A program made the position numbers and the translations under genes. The notes under the pieces are model-generated. The model was not told the DNA's origin. It made no database searches and was given only the letters and a program-made list of their open reading frames with translations. Shown in pieces: positions 44,551 to 56,770 of a DNA stretch of 56,770 nt; the first letter of the stretch is position 1, and each line of letters opens with the position of its first letter. Source of the stretch: Octopus bimaculoides (Eukaryota); assembly GCF_001194135.2 (NCBI RefSeq), contig NC_068983.1, positions 100,723,343-100,780,112 on the forward strand, written 5' to 3'.

Positions 44551-47500
44551 AGAGCCAGTGGTTTTTGGTTTAAAAGAAAAATCATTTTGAGTTTGGGCTT
44601 TAAAGTTTAAAAAGTTCCATGGAAACATAGACTGGACCACTGTGACCCTGTTGATAGTTTTCTTATTTTGTAAATAAAAATAATAAATTCGTATGAAGAA
44701 ACATGTTCTCAAGGTTTCCTTTATGTTCGAAAATTTCTATGACACCTTTGACCTGCTGATTAGATACTATTCAGTGAAACAAGGTACATGAAGGTGGCCA
44801 ATGTTTTTCAACCTGATTGATATAGCAGCATACAATACTTTTTAGTTATATAAGCTGCCACAATCAGTGGTGACTGGCCAGGTTGCCAACTTGCCCGATG
44901 GCAAGTAGGCCCCAGTGCCATTAGAATCCATATATGGGGGCCCATGTTAGTATCTAAGGGTCCCATCCCCTCAAGTTTGAGAATTTTTTTATTCACTTCT
45001 GGAAGAATGCATTAATTATTTCAGCCTGGCTGTGTTTGAGGACAGTTGAAAAGAATACTTTAAACAAAAAAAAAAAAATTAAATGATTGCATTGTAGTTG
45101 CGAGTGGGCCCTCATAGTTTCCTGGCAACCAATATTTTTAGACCCAGTCTGCCACTGACCACAATTCAAACAGAACAAACTCCAGTCCTGACACAAATTT
45201 CTTAAAATGCTGGCTGAAGAACTCCTTTGAAGAATTCATTTCAGTATCCAAAAGAGAATTAGTTGTCAAAAATAACAGATTTTTGCATGTGAAAGCCACA
45301 AAGATGAAACGGTTTTGTACTTGGACTGTGTAAATTTATATTTTTTTATGTTCTGTATATATTTTTCAATGAAAATTTAACTTGGACCAGTGTGGTCGCC
45401 TTCATGTGCTAATATTACTTATTTTTCTCTTTTTTTATGTTTTCTAGTGTTAATTCAAACCAACAAACCAATCCTTTTAAAGCTGAGATACAGTTAGAAA
45501 CAGAAATGAATATTTATTATGTGACAATGCTTAACATTGTTAAGATGAAGCTAACACAACAGATATTGTTTGTATCTTGTATCCACAGTAAGATCCATTT
45601 GCCATCAGGAAGTCATTAGCTTATCTGGGCAATGAAGTGTTTGATTGAATACGAAGGTATCTCTCGTGTGACATTTGCAAGACAAGAAGTCTTTGTGGGT
45701 ACACACAGCACATGTCTACTTACTAGAACAATTGCTGAGTTATATTTGCAGAACATTTTATTCAAAATTCATTTAAAATTAGTGGTGTCTGTGTCACCTT
45801 TGAAATTCATGACAATGCATTTGAACAATTATTTAAGGATATTTGGTCAATTTTATCATTTGTTTTTTTGTTTTTTAAATTCATACGTCTTTCACTTTTC
45901 GCACATGATAACGCACACATTTTAATCTGGAAACACCTACATTCATACGAAGTGTGATAAAATCCAAGTGAAAGTTGTTGATTTCTTTTCTTTTTTCTAA
46001 TTTTTTTTTTGTAGTCATTTGACTGCGGCCATGCTGGAGCACCGCCTTTAGTCGAACAAATCGATCTCAGTACTTATTCTTTGTATGCCTAGTACTTATT
46101 CTATCAGTCTCTTTTGCCGAACTGCTAAGTTACGGGACGTAAATACAATATCGGTTGTCAAGCGATGGTGGGGGGACAAACACACATACATATACATACA
46201 TGACGGGCTTCTTTCAGTTTCCGTCTACCAAACCCACTCACAAGGCTTTGGTCGGCCCAAGACTATAATAGAAGACACTTGTCCAAGGTGCCACGCAGTG
46301 GAACTGAACCCGGAACCATGTAGTTGGTAAGCAAGTTACACTGAAGAAATAATTGAACGTGGAAATCCCAAGGTGTCCGCAACAATCGTGAAGTAGATAA
46401 TGATTTTAGTGTAAGAAATTACTTTACACAATTCATGATATTGATTGTACATTTGAATTTCTTGCATCAGTGGAGTTAATTCATTATTCGAGATTTTGAG
46501 TTATGATCAGCCAATACATTTTGTCAGTCAGGGAACATGAAACTCCATCACTTCTCTACAAGACTTCAGCTGGCATCGTGTACACAAGCAAAATGTAGTT
46601 AATGTATTTATTTATCAAATATATCATTCAGTGCAATTATACATCCGCTTAACACTACTCTGTTTAGATAGCCACACATTGTGGAGGATTATTATCTAAA
46701 GTTAAATGTTTGGCAACATATTCAATTGTATTTGTATCAACCATTAAAAGTAATAAGTAATGACCTCGTATAGCGCTTTTTGGTTAAGCAATGCATTTTC
46801 AGGAACGTATCGAGAACACTAATGGAACCATCGCTATATTTCATGGAATTTAATCGTTTATTTTACTTTAAAAAATTGTATTTTGTAGTTTTTGTTGAAT
46901 CGCTATCTCTCCATTGTATAAGAGGACACCCGCAGTCATTTTCTTAAAAAAGCAATATGAATAATTAAGTATTCCGGCGTCCATTTTTATTTACTTGCCA
47001 AATTTTCATTTTGGGGTACTTATGGACAGTGTCTCTATAACAGCGACGAAGGGTGTGTAGTGAATGGACGAAGTCTTTGCTGTACACCAAATGATCTTCA
47101 GTCAGTATGTGAACTTGTTTATACAAACGAAAGAGCAATGTGTTAAATGATACTGCTTACATTTTTTAACTATTTACTTCTTGTCATGCAAATGTCACAT
47201 GAGAGATACACACCTTCGTATCCAATTAAACACATCATCGCCCACAAAAGCTAATAACTTCCCGTTGGCAAACGGATCTTACAGTAGATACACGATGCAA
47301 ACAATATCTATTGAATCAGCCCCACCTTAACAATGTTAAGCATTGTCACGTAATAAATATTAATTTGTTTCTGTTTCTCAGCTTTGAAATGATCGGTTTG
47401 CTGGTTTGTGATAAAAATTCCCTCTTTGATTTTACGATGACTTACCTGTAGGATGAAACAACAGGAAGGAAAAGAAAAGATTAGAACAAGGTCCACTACA

Positions 47501-48409
47501 CCAGGACTACCAAGTATCCTGCAATACTTGCGTGCAGAGCTGTACCCACGAATAAGTTAAGTTCCCTCACTTTCGATCTTACGTGGATACTTGCTCCAGT
47601 TATTGGACTACGGTCATGCTGGAGTACGACCCTCAATGATTTAGTCTAATAAATGTACACCAATAGATGTTTTGTTATTTTTTTGTCTAGTCCTCATGCT
47701 ATCGATCTGTTTTGGTGAAACGCTAATTTACGAGGACGTAAATTAACCAACGTCGATTGTCACGTGGTTTTAAGGGGGCAAAGATAAGCATATACATACA
47801 GGAAGTCAACTTGTGACCGAGTAAGACCACTGACTAAACTTAGTAAGTCCATGCAAAAATTCCAAGAGTCCACGCAGTTCTTGTGCATGAATTTGTTTGA
47901 GTGGATAAAGTGTTGCACAGCACTGAACTCACTTTTCAACGTTATCAACTATAATAAAAGCAGTGGCACAGAGGTTGAGACGACTGCACTTCAGGTTTTT
48001 TATGAGTTTACCTCCTCCTAGAAGGAATTTCTTACAAGAATTAGGGAGTTCTTCATATCCAGTAGTTCATATGCTAGTCAGACCATAACATATGGTAGTC
48101 AGACCACCAGGATCAGAGTGGGCCTAGGGACAGTTGTGATTTAGAGGCGGTTCCACTCTCCTCAAACACTGGAACTCTTGTACCAGATGATAACATATAT
48201 ATGGACATACATTGTCCTGGGTATGACTTTAACCATACGTATATACATACTTATGACAGGCTTCTATAGGTTTTCATCTCCCAAATCCATGTACAAGGCT
48301 AGGGTCTATAGTAGAAGACACTTGCCCAAGGTCCCAAGCACTGGGACTGAACCTGGTAGGAAGCAAACATCTTAACATGCAACCATATATATATATATAT
48401 ATATCACAT

Positions 48410-48680
48410 GACCGGCCAGACTATCGGATGTTGTTATACATCGCTGATCACAATACATTTCGCATCGTTTCAACTTTCAAATGATATCACCCTCATTGTG
48501 AATAGGCCAACATTCCTCCTGACTGGACGGCTACTCTGTTGCAGGGTTACTCATGTACAGTTGATTGGACACAAGTAACATGGAATGACATGTTTTGCTC
48601 AAGAAAAACACTCCACTCGGTCCGAGAATTGAAACCGCGATCATAACTGCAACACTCTAACCATGCGACTTCACACACAC
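48410..48680 (-). mobile_element. tRNA-derived SINE (further family)
   Basis: Head ..GCATGGTTAGAGTGTTGCAG..GCGGTTTCAATTCTC on the minus strand. Confidence 0.55.
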
Positions 48681-49309
48681 ACACATAGAAGCAATATATG
48701 TGATTTAGAGATGCTGTGTATAGAAAACACATAGTAGTGCTTAAATAATTTGAATTTAAACTTTGAAACCTTTAACAAGGACTAGGCCCACGGAATAAAG
48801 AATGCAATAAGAGAAATCCATGTGAGCTGATATGGAGAGAGTGATGCAGATAAACATGATTAGTCTTGATAAATAAATATATAATATATATATAGAGCCA
48901 ACCTATGTCCAACCCATGCCAGCATGGAAAATGACATTAAACAATGATGATGATGATGATATATTAAACTGTTAAGTGTAGATACTAGACCTTGATCTTA
49001 GCCTGGTTGTCTATTCCTTATGCATAGTCTGACCACCTCTTGTACTTAAACCATAGATCTATCATAGCATTTGATGTGGCTTTTTAAACCGGACAATGTA
49101 TTGAAAAGACACCCACATAGATTGCATACCTGATTTGGACCACCATGAGTTGCAATTAAGTTCTGATCTTTGTGGATCTTAAAATGTCTTTTGAGGCCTC
49201 CATTAGATATGCAGACCTTATGGCATACATGGCATTGAAAGGTGTGCACAGATATATAGGCAGAGTAGTTGGTAGAGGTTAATTTTTTATGGGTCCACAA
49301 ATATATATA

Positions 49310-49636
49310 TGAAGTTGCCTTCCTGGCACGTGAAAAGACATTCGAGCAAGATCATTGCCAGTACCGCTGGACTGGCTCCTGTGCAAGTGGCTCATAAAAT
49401 ACACCATTTCGAGCGTGGCTGTTGCCAGTACCTCCTGACTGGCCTTAGTGCCGGTGGCACGTAAAAGCACCCACTACACTCTCGGAGTGGTTGGCGTTAG
49501 GAAAGGCATCCAGCTGTAGAAACTCTGCCAAATCAGATTGGAGCCTGGTGTAGCCATCTGGCTCACCAGTCCTCAGTCAAATCGTTCAACCCATGCTAGC
49601 ATGGAAAGCGGACGTTGAACGATGTTGGTGATGATG
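49310..49636 (+). mobile_element. RTE 3' end
   Basis: Near-identical to 1-269, with a degenerate (GAT)n tail. Confidence 0.8.
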
Positions 49637-50960
49637 AAAATATTGTTTTATATATTTTCATATATATATATATATATATACACACACAAACATACATACA
49701 CACATAGATATATACACATAAATGTATACACATAGATATATATGAATGTAGATAGATAGATAGATGCAACGACTAAATATATTCAGAAGATAAACATATA
49801 TGTACAAGCACATAGATATATGTATGCTTTAACAAATAAATTTTCTTTTACATGGAGAATACAAAATGCAGAAGACTAAGGGAGAATTGGTACTTAAGTT
49901 GAGGCACTAAGTCTGTCCAGTATTGTCTGCACGGCTCAAAGTTAGGTGAATAAAAAGCAAATAAGTAACAAGGATGTCCAGGTATTAGTGCACTACAGCC
50001 GTTTCAAGCAGCTCCATTTAACTGATAAATGCAAACATTACATTAATTTGAAATAAACCGCTCTCTCGGATGCATATGACCATATAGATTTCCAGCGTAC
50101 AGGATACCCCATTATATAAAGGATACTCCAACATACAGAATGCTCCATTATAATTTTTTACATTGTTTCTTTTTGCTATTATTGTATCAGAATGAATTTA
50201 GGGAAAAATACCTAAAGCCTACTATGATTTAGAGTGGCAGAAGAAAATATTCGGGGTCAATAAAGAGGAATGGTGATATAGCTACATTAATTGTTATCCT
50301 TATCACATTCAATAGACCCAATGCAGCAAGCAGTTTACATCCCCTTACAATCAAAAACCATTGGGAATTGACAGTTAAGTTCTTGCTGGTGATAAATTAA
50401 TCAATGTCAGATACTCTTCCCTACTTCCCTACTTCTATTTCACTATGACCATAAAATCAGCCATACCTACATGAAAAAAATGTCTCAGGAGATGCTAGTA
50501 AGTTAATGATATAAAGGCAAGGTGATAACCAGAATGAGGAGGGGCAGGGGTGGCTTAACATATGATTATCAACTAAAAGGGGCTTAGAATGGAAAACAAA
50601 GTGTGGGAATTAGGATTATGGGGTGGGGGAGGAAATGAGCATCTAAACTTAGCAAAATTTATCTATTAAAATATCAAAATTTAGAAAAGGATTTAAGGAC
50701 CCAGTAAGAGAAAAAGGAAACAATCTAAGTCATAAGATTGGGGTACTTTCATAAAAAAAGTAACTTCATAATGCTTATTTCTACCATAATGTTAAGGAGG
50801 TCATGATAAAACTATTCAACAATGAATCTATAATAAAATTCAGATATCATCCGAGTACGGGTATATGGTCGTAATGCACTAATACCTGGACATCCTTATC
50901 ACTTATTTGCTTTTTGGTAGTTACACACAATATAAAACCAAAAAGGAAAAATTCAAATGT

Positions 50961-51130
50961 CACTAATTGTGACTGAGGGTGTTGGGTAGCACCTATATTG
51001 CTAGAAATAAGAGTTTTAAACCTTTAGAGCTGCAAGGAAGCACAAATGTGCTTTGTTGCAACTCTGAGGGTTTTTAACTCTTATTTCTAGCACTTAAGGT
51101 GCTACCCAGCAACCTCAGTTACAATTAGTG
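50961..51130. repeat. 170-bp near-complete palindrome (probable MITE)
   Basis: CACTAATTGTGACTGAGGGTGTTGGGTAGCACC... pairs with ...GGTGCTACCCAGCAACCTCAGTTACAATTAGTG almost to the centre. Confidence 0.75.
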
Positions 51131-52743
51131 TGTGTATATATATTCTTTTACTTGTTTCAGTCATTTGACTGTGGCCATGCCGGAGCACCGCTTTTAGTTG
51201 AACAAATCGACCCCAGGACTTATTCTTTGCAAGCCTAGTACTTATTCTATTGGTCTCTTTTGCCAAACCGCTAAGTTACGGGGACATAAACACACCAACA
51301 TTGATTGTCAATCGATGGTGGGCGGACAAATACACACACACACATATATATATATACGACCGACGGGCTTCTTTCAGTTTCCGTTTATCAAATCCACTCA
51401 CAAGGCTTTGGTCGGCCTGAGGCTATAGTAGAAGAGACTTGCCCAAAGTACCACACAGTGGGACTGAACCTGAAACCATGTGGTTGGGAAGCAAGCTACT
51501 TACCACACAGCCACACCTGTGCCTACATATATGATGATGATGATGATGATGATTGCTACATCATGTCAAAAGAGTGCCATCTTTTCTTTGAATTTGCGTG
51601 ATTACGTGAACGTAGGTAGCTATTTTGCTCAGATTTCGCTCTGCCGCAACGTTCGCAAATGAGCTATTTAGTTTACTTTTTAGTACGTATGCACCATGGG
51701 CCACGCGACGGTAGAACCAGTTCACAAGCAGCTCAATTTCTTCTTGGTTCATGTTTACTTAGATGGCTGGCAAAGAAAAAATTGTTCATACATTGCATCT
51801 TAATTCTTGCAGCGTTTCTGCACTTAGTGCATTTAGGTTCCGCTTACGAAGCATATATATATCGTTTGTAGAAATACATAAATCCAAAAAAGCACACTCT
51901 AAGACGCAGAACAATATTATAGTGGGGTTGGCCAGTGTAATATTATAGCGACGTTCATTTTCGTGGTCTTAATACAGTCAGTAATTGTATGATGCTAATT
52001 AAATGTTTGTATATAAACTTACATCGTTTAAAATAGTTAATTCAGTGAAAAGGAATATATTTTACAAAAGAAACTTTTTTTTAAAAAAGAAAGAGAAAAA
52101 ACATCATTGCAGCACTATATGCTTCAATTGGCCGCACACCACAAGTTTCATCGGAACCTACAGAAGCAAGATACCTACACACACTTGTACGTATATATGT
52201 GTCTTAAGACAGCACGTTTAATACTACTTATATGGACTTTCACACCATTTAAATGTTTCAAATAAAACAATTTCAAAAGAAATATATTACGAATTTATGA
52301 AAGAACTTCTAAACATCTTACTATTTTTTAACTAAACGCAGAACTTCCAGGAGTACCGCTAATATCTAATGCGTGTGTGTGTGTGTGAGAGAGAGAGAAA
52401 GAGTGAGGTAGAAAAACTCTAATCATACTCGGTTACGAGTGAGAAGCTTAAAAGATAATTATCTTGAGTTGGATGGCAACACTATTGAATCAGGGTGTGT
52501 ACGTAGGGGAGGGGTTGTTTCCCTGACAATAAGAAAAAGACAGAAAATCCGTGTTAGTGAATTATTTATAGTACTTAGAAACTTAAGTAAACATTCGTTT
52601 AGAATATCACCAGACACCCTTTTATGCAAACAAGGATCGGTTGCTAATTACGGCATAGAAAATGATTCCGTGATGAATTATGCTTAAGCCAATGATTTTA
52701 TGACAGTTAATCTATTAAACACAGGTTTGTCTCGTATTTTCAG

Positions 52744-52788
52744 AAACAAGGAAATGTTTATGAAATTCACCAAGGATATCAATGTCAA
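52744..52788 (+). other. Candidate 45-nt exon of an unidentified plus-strand gene
   Basis: tattttcag acceptor, CAA|GTGAGT donor, at the edge of a CpG-retaining block; product not recognised. Confidence 0.3.
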
Positions 52789-53144
52789 GTGAGTAAGCGC
52801 CGCGGTATAGTATTTTACTAAACAAATTTGTTTGAAGCCTAGCCTAATCAATATTTTAAAAAATGACGAAAACGCGTAGGTGTGAGCAGAAAGTCTGGTC
52901 CAAATGTTTGCAAAAGTGAGTTCTGCTCAAGGTACACAAAGCGCCAAATCTAAAACACAATTGTTCGTGAAATTCATTATCTACATATACTTCTCGAATT
53001 TAGAAACTTCAAAACCAATATTCATATCACGCGAAAATGTGGTATAACATTTATTTTGAGAAATAAAAGTGAAATTTTCAAATCACGTTTTATTATCTGT
53101 TATGAAAAGAGATGCAGAAAGACAAAAAAACTGAAAAGGGATAG

Positions 53145-53184
<40 letters not shown>

Positions 53185-53533
53185 CATAGTGGAATAGACT
53201 AATATTGGGAATGTGAAGCACACACTAAGAAAGGAAAAAAATGGTGATCAAAAATCATAGTCTATTGCAACATTCTTTTGTATTAAAGAAACACAAGATT
53301 CACCTCCACACCATGAAAAGATTTATGTTCATGACAATATTAAATAATATACCAACATACAACGTTGGTCTCTAAATTTCTAATGATGTATACTTGGAAG
53401 AATAGCCACTCATCCATCCTTCCATGTACATACAACCAATATATGTACAAGCATGGTTAACTGAAACAAAACAATCATGCATTCCAACACAAAAAATCTC
53501 TTGAGTGACCTACTCGAAACTTCAGAGTGGATT

Positions 53534-54810
53534 TATGAGGGTCAGCTGAAAAGTTCATAGGCTGACTGAGATACTCTCATGGAATGTGACCAAATGTGGT
53601 TTGTTTTTCAACATAGTTCCCCTTGCAGTCCACACACTTTTTCTGTGTTGCAATACTTGGATCCAATTGGTGAAGAAGCTTTCATCCTGTTGGTCAAAAA
53701 AAGTCATCAACTGCAGATATGTTTTTTCATGATGGGGTACAGATGGTAGTCAGATGGGGCCAAATCAGGAAATTAGGTGGGGGTGATCAACCAGTTCAAA
53801 GCCACAGTCACACACAGCAGCCATTGAAACCAAGGAATTGTGTGCTAGAGCATTGTTCTGATCAAACAACACCCCTTTCATTTGTTTTCCTGAGCATTTG
53901 GTCTTGGTGGCTTTTCATAAATGCCTCAGCAAGTTGGCATAATACTCTCCATTGATGGTGTGGTCCTTTTGCAGATAGTCAATAAACACACATACATGCA
54001 TGCATACATACACACACATGCGCAAAAACAGAACGCAGCATAAATAACGGACGGTCAAGACTATTGATAAGGTTGCAAGACGCAACAAAAATTTTAGGAA
54101 AATAAAAATAAGAAATAAGTGGAAATTTTAACAGTGAGTGTGTTAAATTTCAAGGCACAATTAGAAAATGACTCTCCCCAGACACAACAGAATATGCTTC
54201 AACACACGAAATCACAAAAAATCTTGCAAACCAAATCCAAAAACGAAATACAATGTCTTTTGCATCCCAAAAAACCGAGACCATCACCTTCCCTGCAGAT
54301 GGCCTTCTTTGGAGCAGGTGAGGAGGGGTGTTTCCACTGTCTGGATTGTCTCTTTGCCTCTAGCCCAAGGTGATGAAGCCAACACTCATCCTGAGTTGGG
54401 AAACATTCAAGGAAACCAGCTGGATCTACCTCAAACAATGTCAGACTTTTCTGTGATGTGATCAGCCTGATGCACTTTTGATCAGATGTCAGAAGATGTG
54501 GCACCCACTGAACAGAAACTTTCTTCATATCAAGTTCATTGTGCAGAATATTCTCGACTCTCTCGTGGGATATGCTAATAGCATTGGCTATTTGATTTTT
54601 AGTCATCCGTCACTATGTGGTGAACACAATCAATGTTTTCCCCCCGGTGTGGCAGTTGCTGAACCTTAGGTTATTTTCAAGATTCCTTTCCTCTCCTAAG
54701 TTAAGCTGCCCACATTTGCATTGTTGATAAAGCTGGAGTGTTATCTCCAAATCTAGCAACAATGTCAGCATGAATGTCCTCAGGGGACAAACCTTTTTCC
54801 TGCAGATACT
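53534..54810 (-). mobile_element. Mariner transposon relic with internal insertion
   Basis: TA-TGAGGGTCAGCTGAAAAGTTC TIR; ORF 54199..54606 with WVPHLL and TQDECWLH motifs. Confidence 0.85.
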
Positions 54811-55149
54811 TGAAAACTCAACAATACCAAATTTTGTTCATTTTCAAGAGAAATCACTGAATATCTTGGTCTTTGTACCTATATAAGAAACAACTATATT
54901 GCAATCATAGCCTTATATGGATATTACAGGTACACTACCAATTTTCCAGTTACTGATAGTTTGTCACCTCTTTTAATCTAAATATATTTATGAGTGCACA
55001 CAAAATTTCCCACAGCACACCAGACATAAGAGGTATTGTATGTCATTTGCAATCATCTCAATAACTAGATACCTTTCATTGCTGCAGCTCCAGTGATTTT
55101 AAGAAATTCCTAGTCTGTATTGCTTGCATATATATGCCAGCTGCCAATC

Positions 55150-55400
55150 ACAGTGCAAGTGATAGTGATCGTATAAAGCATAAAAATGTGTCTATATCAA
55201 TGCAGGAAAGGGATAGAAAGGTGATAGAACTGGACCATGGTTTTTCTGTATATAAACTGTGTGAGACATATGGTATTGGTTCATCAACTGGATAGCCATA
55301 TTTAAATGAAAAGGCCAATTCAAATATTACTTCAAGACCTGCATTAGTATGGCAAAGTGAGATCCATTTTTGTTCCTGCCCAGATATAGAACAAAAAGTT
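55150..55400 (+). mobile_element. pogo/jerky-like N-terminal HTH fragment
   Basis: ELDHGFSVYKLCETYGIGSST resembles HTH_psq-type transposase N-termini. Confidence 0.45.
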
Positions 55401-56279
55401 CTGAAAAATTGGTTGTGTACAATATTATTTTGTAGACATTAGTTTCTATTTCTAACCAGTCTTAAGAGCTTTATAGGACCCCAGACTAATCAATACACTG
55501 GGCTCTATAGTATCAATTTATTTAACGCAAGCCATGGCACACATTGATCAGAATTGGACCCTTTGATTCATGGAATCCCAGGGCAACTACCCAGTTTACC
55601 CATACTTTAAGACAGCACAGTTTCTAACAATTTTTCATTTTTTACAAGCAAGTTTTGCTGGTTTCTAAAAAATTCTGTCAATCATTTTATGATATCTTAT
55701 TGTCTTGAGTAGGATGGCAACTATATTGAGTGTTTTGTTGTTATTATAACAATAACAAAAGAACACAGAACATCAGTGTGTAATTCAATTATTAATTGTA
55801 TTCTGAAATTTACAGAAAACGTTTGTTTATTATGTCAAAAGACAAGCTTATACGCAAACAAGGATTGGTTAGTTAATAATAATTGTCTAAAAAATGCTTT
55901 ATCAGGAAATAATGCAAATGAATTGGAAATCACGTTTGAATTTAGAACATAGAGACAGATGAAATGCTGCAAAACATTTTAACCAATGTACTAATGATTC
56001 TGCCAGCTTACTACCTTAAATATATAAAGGCTATTAATTGTGAGTCCTAATAAAGAAAATTGCTGAATATAATTAATAAAGTATGGCTGAATCACAAGAT
56101 CTGAATTTCAATTCCACCTTGGACAACAGTCATATTCTATAGCCTCGAGTTCAGTCCCACTGCATGACACCTAGGGACAGTGTCTTCTATTATAGCCTAA
56201 GGCTAACCAAAGCCTTGTGTGGGTGGATCTAGTAGATGGAAATTGAAAGAAGCCTGTTATGTGTGTGCGTGTGTGTGTG

Positions 56280-56535
56280 TAGACCTGTCAAGCCAAATGA
56301 GACCGTAGGCATGGTCAATGTTGGTATCAGGTCAATGGCATGTAAAAAGTGGTACGTAAAAAGCAACCACTACACTCTCAGAGTGGTTGGTATTAAGAAG
56401 GGCATCCAGCCATAGAAACCTTGCCAAACCAGATTGGAACCTGGTGCGACTCCCCAGCTCACCAGATTTCAATCAAACCATCCTACCCATGCCAGCATGG
56501 AAAACGGACGTTAAATGGTGATGATGATGATGATA
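56280..56535 (+). mobile_element. RTE 3' end
   Basis: Same 3' signature and (GAT)n tail; preceded by a SINE head at about 56100-56280. Confidence 0.7.
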
Positions 56536-56721
56536 TACCCCATGTGCATTATTGAACTGCAGATGTAGATCCAACAATGAACACACAGTATCGCTAATGA
56601 CACCTGGTAGCCATAAGTGGTGAACGTGCTCTGCAGACAGACTACCTGGGACTTACCCTGAAACAAGGTTTAGATACTGCATTTAACACCTACTTTCTAA
56701 ATGTTAATTCTTTAAATTCAA

Positions 56722-56770
<49 letters not shown>

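Noticed and set aside
51561-51752. 63-aa ORF MNQEEIELLVNWFYRRVAHGAY...
   Set aside because: Looks protein-like but I recognise no family and see no supporting splice structure; kept only as part of the CpG-block finding.

Overview
AT-rich, intron-rich animal genomic scaffold with six N-gaps and dense repeats. The SINE and RTE families resemble those of Octopus (inference, not checked against a database). The main gene is a minus-strand thioredoxin-glutathione reductase (TGR; Grx domain fused to a TrxR module, TXNRD3/TXNRD1-like). I reconstructed 14 phase-consistent GT-AG coding exons from ATG 25315 down to 4325 (1408 nt, about 469 codons), with a dithiol CPFC Grx site and the CVNVGC flavoprotein disulfide. 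One internal exon and the Sec-encoding 3' end with its SECIS are not visible (in gaps or beyond the window). A candidate promoter and non-coding first exon at about 35.3-35.5 kb carries a perfect extended Nrf2/CncC antioxidant response element, a CCAAT box and a GTAAGT donor. The remainder is SINEs, RTE LINE pieces, DNA-transposon relics (mariner, Tc1/maT, pogo, hAT, Academ-like, Helitron, MITEs) and Penelope-like elements. Most striking are six minimal type-I hammerhead-ribozyme motifs from four unrelated Penelope-type sequences, three of them sense to the TGR pre-mRNA. One Penelope element carries a tRNA-like Pol III promoter that reads, without a T4 terminator, into the ribozyme.
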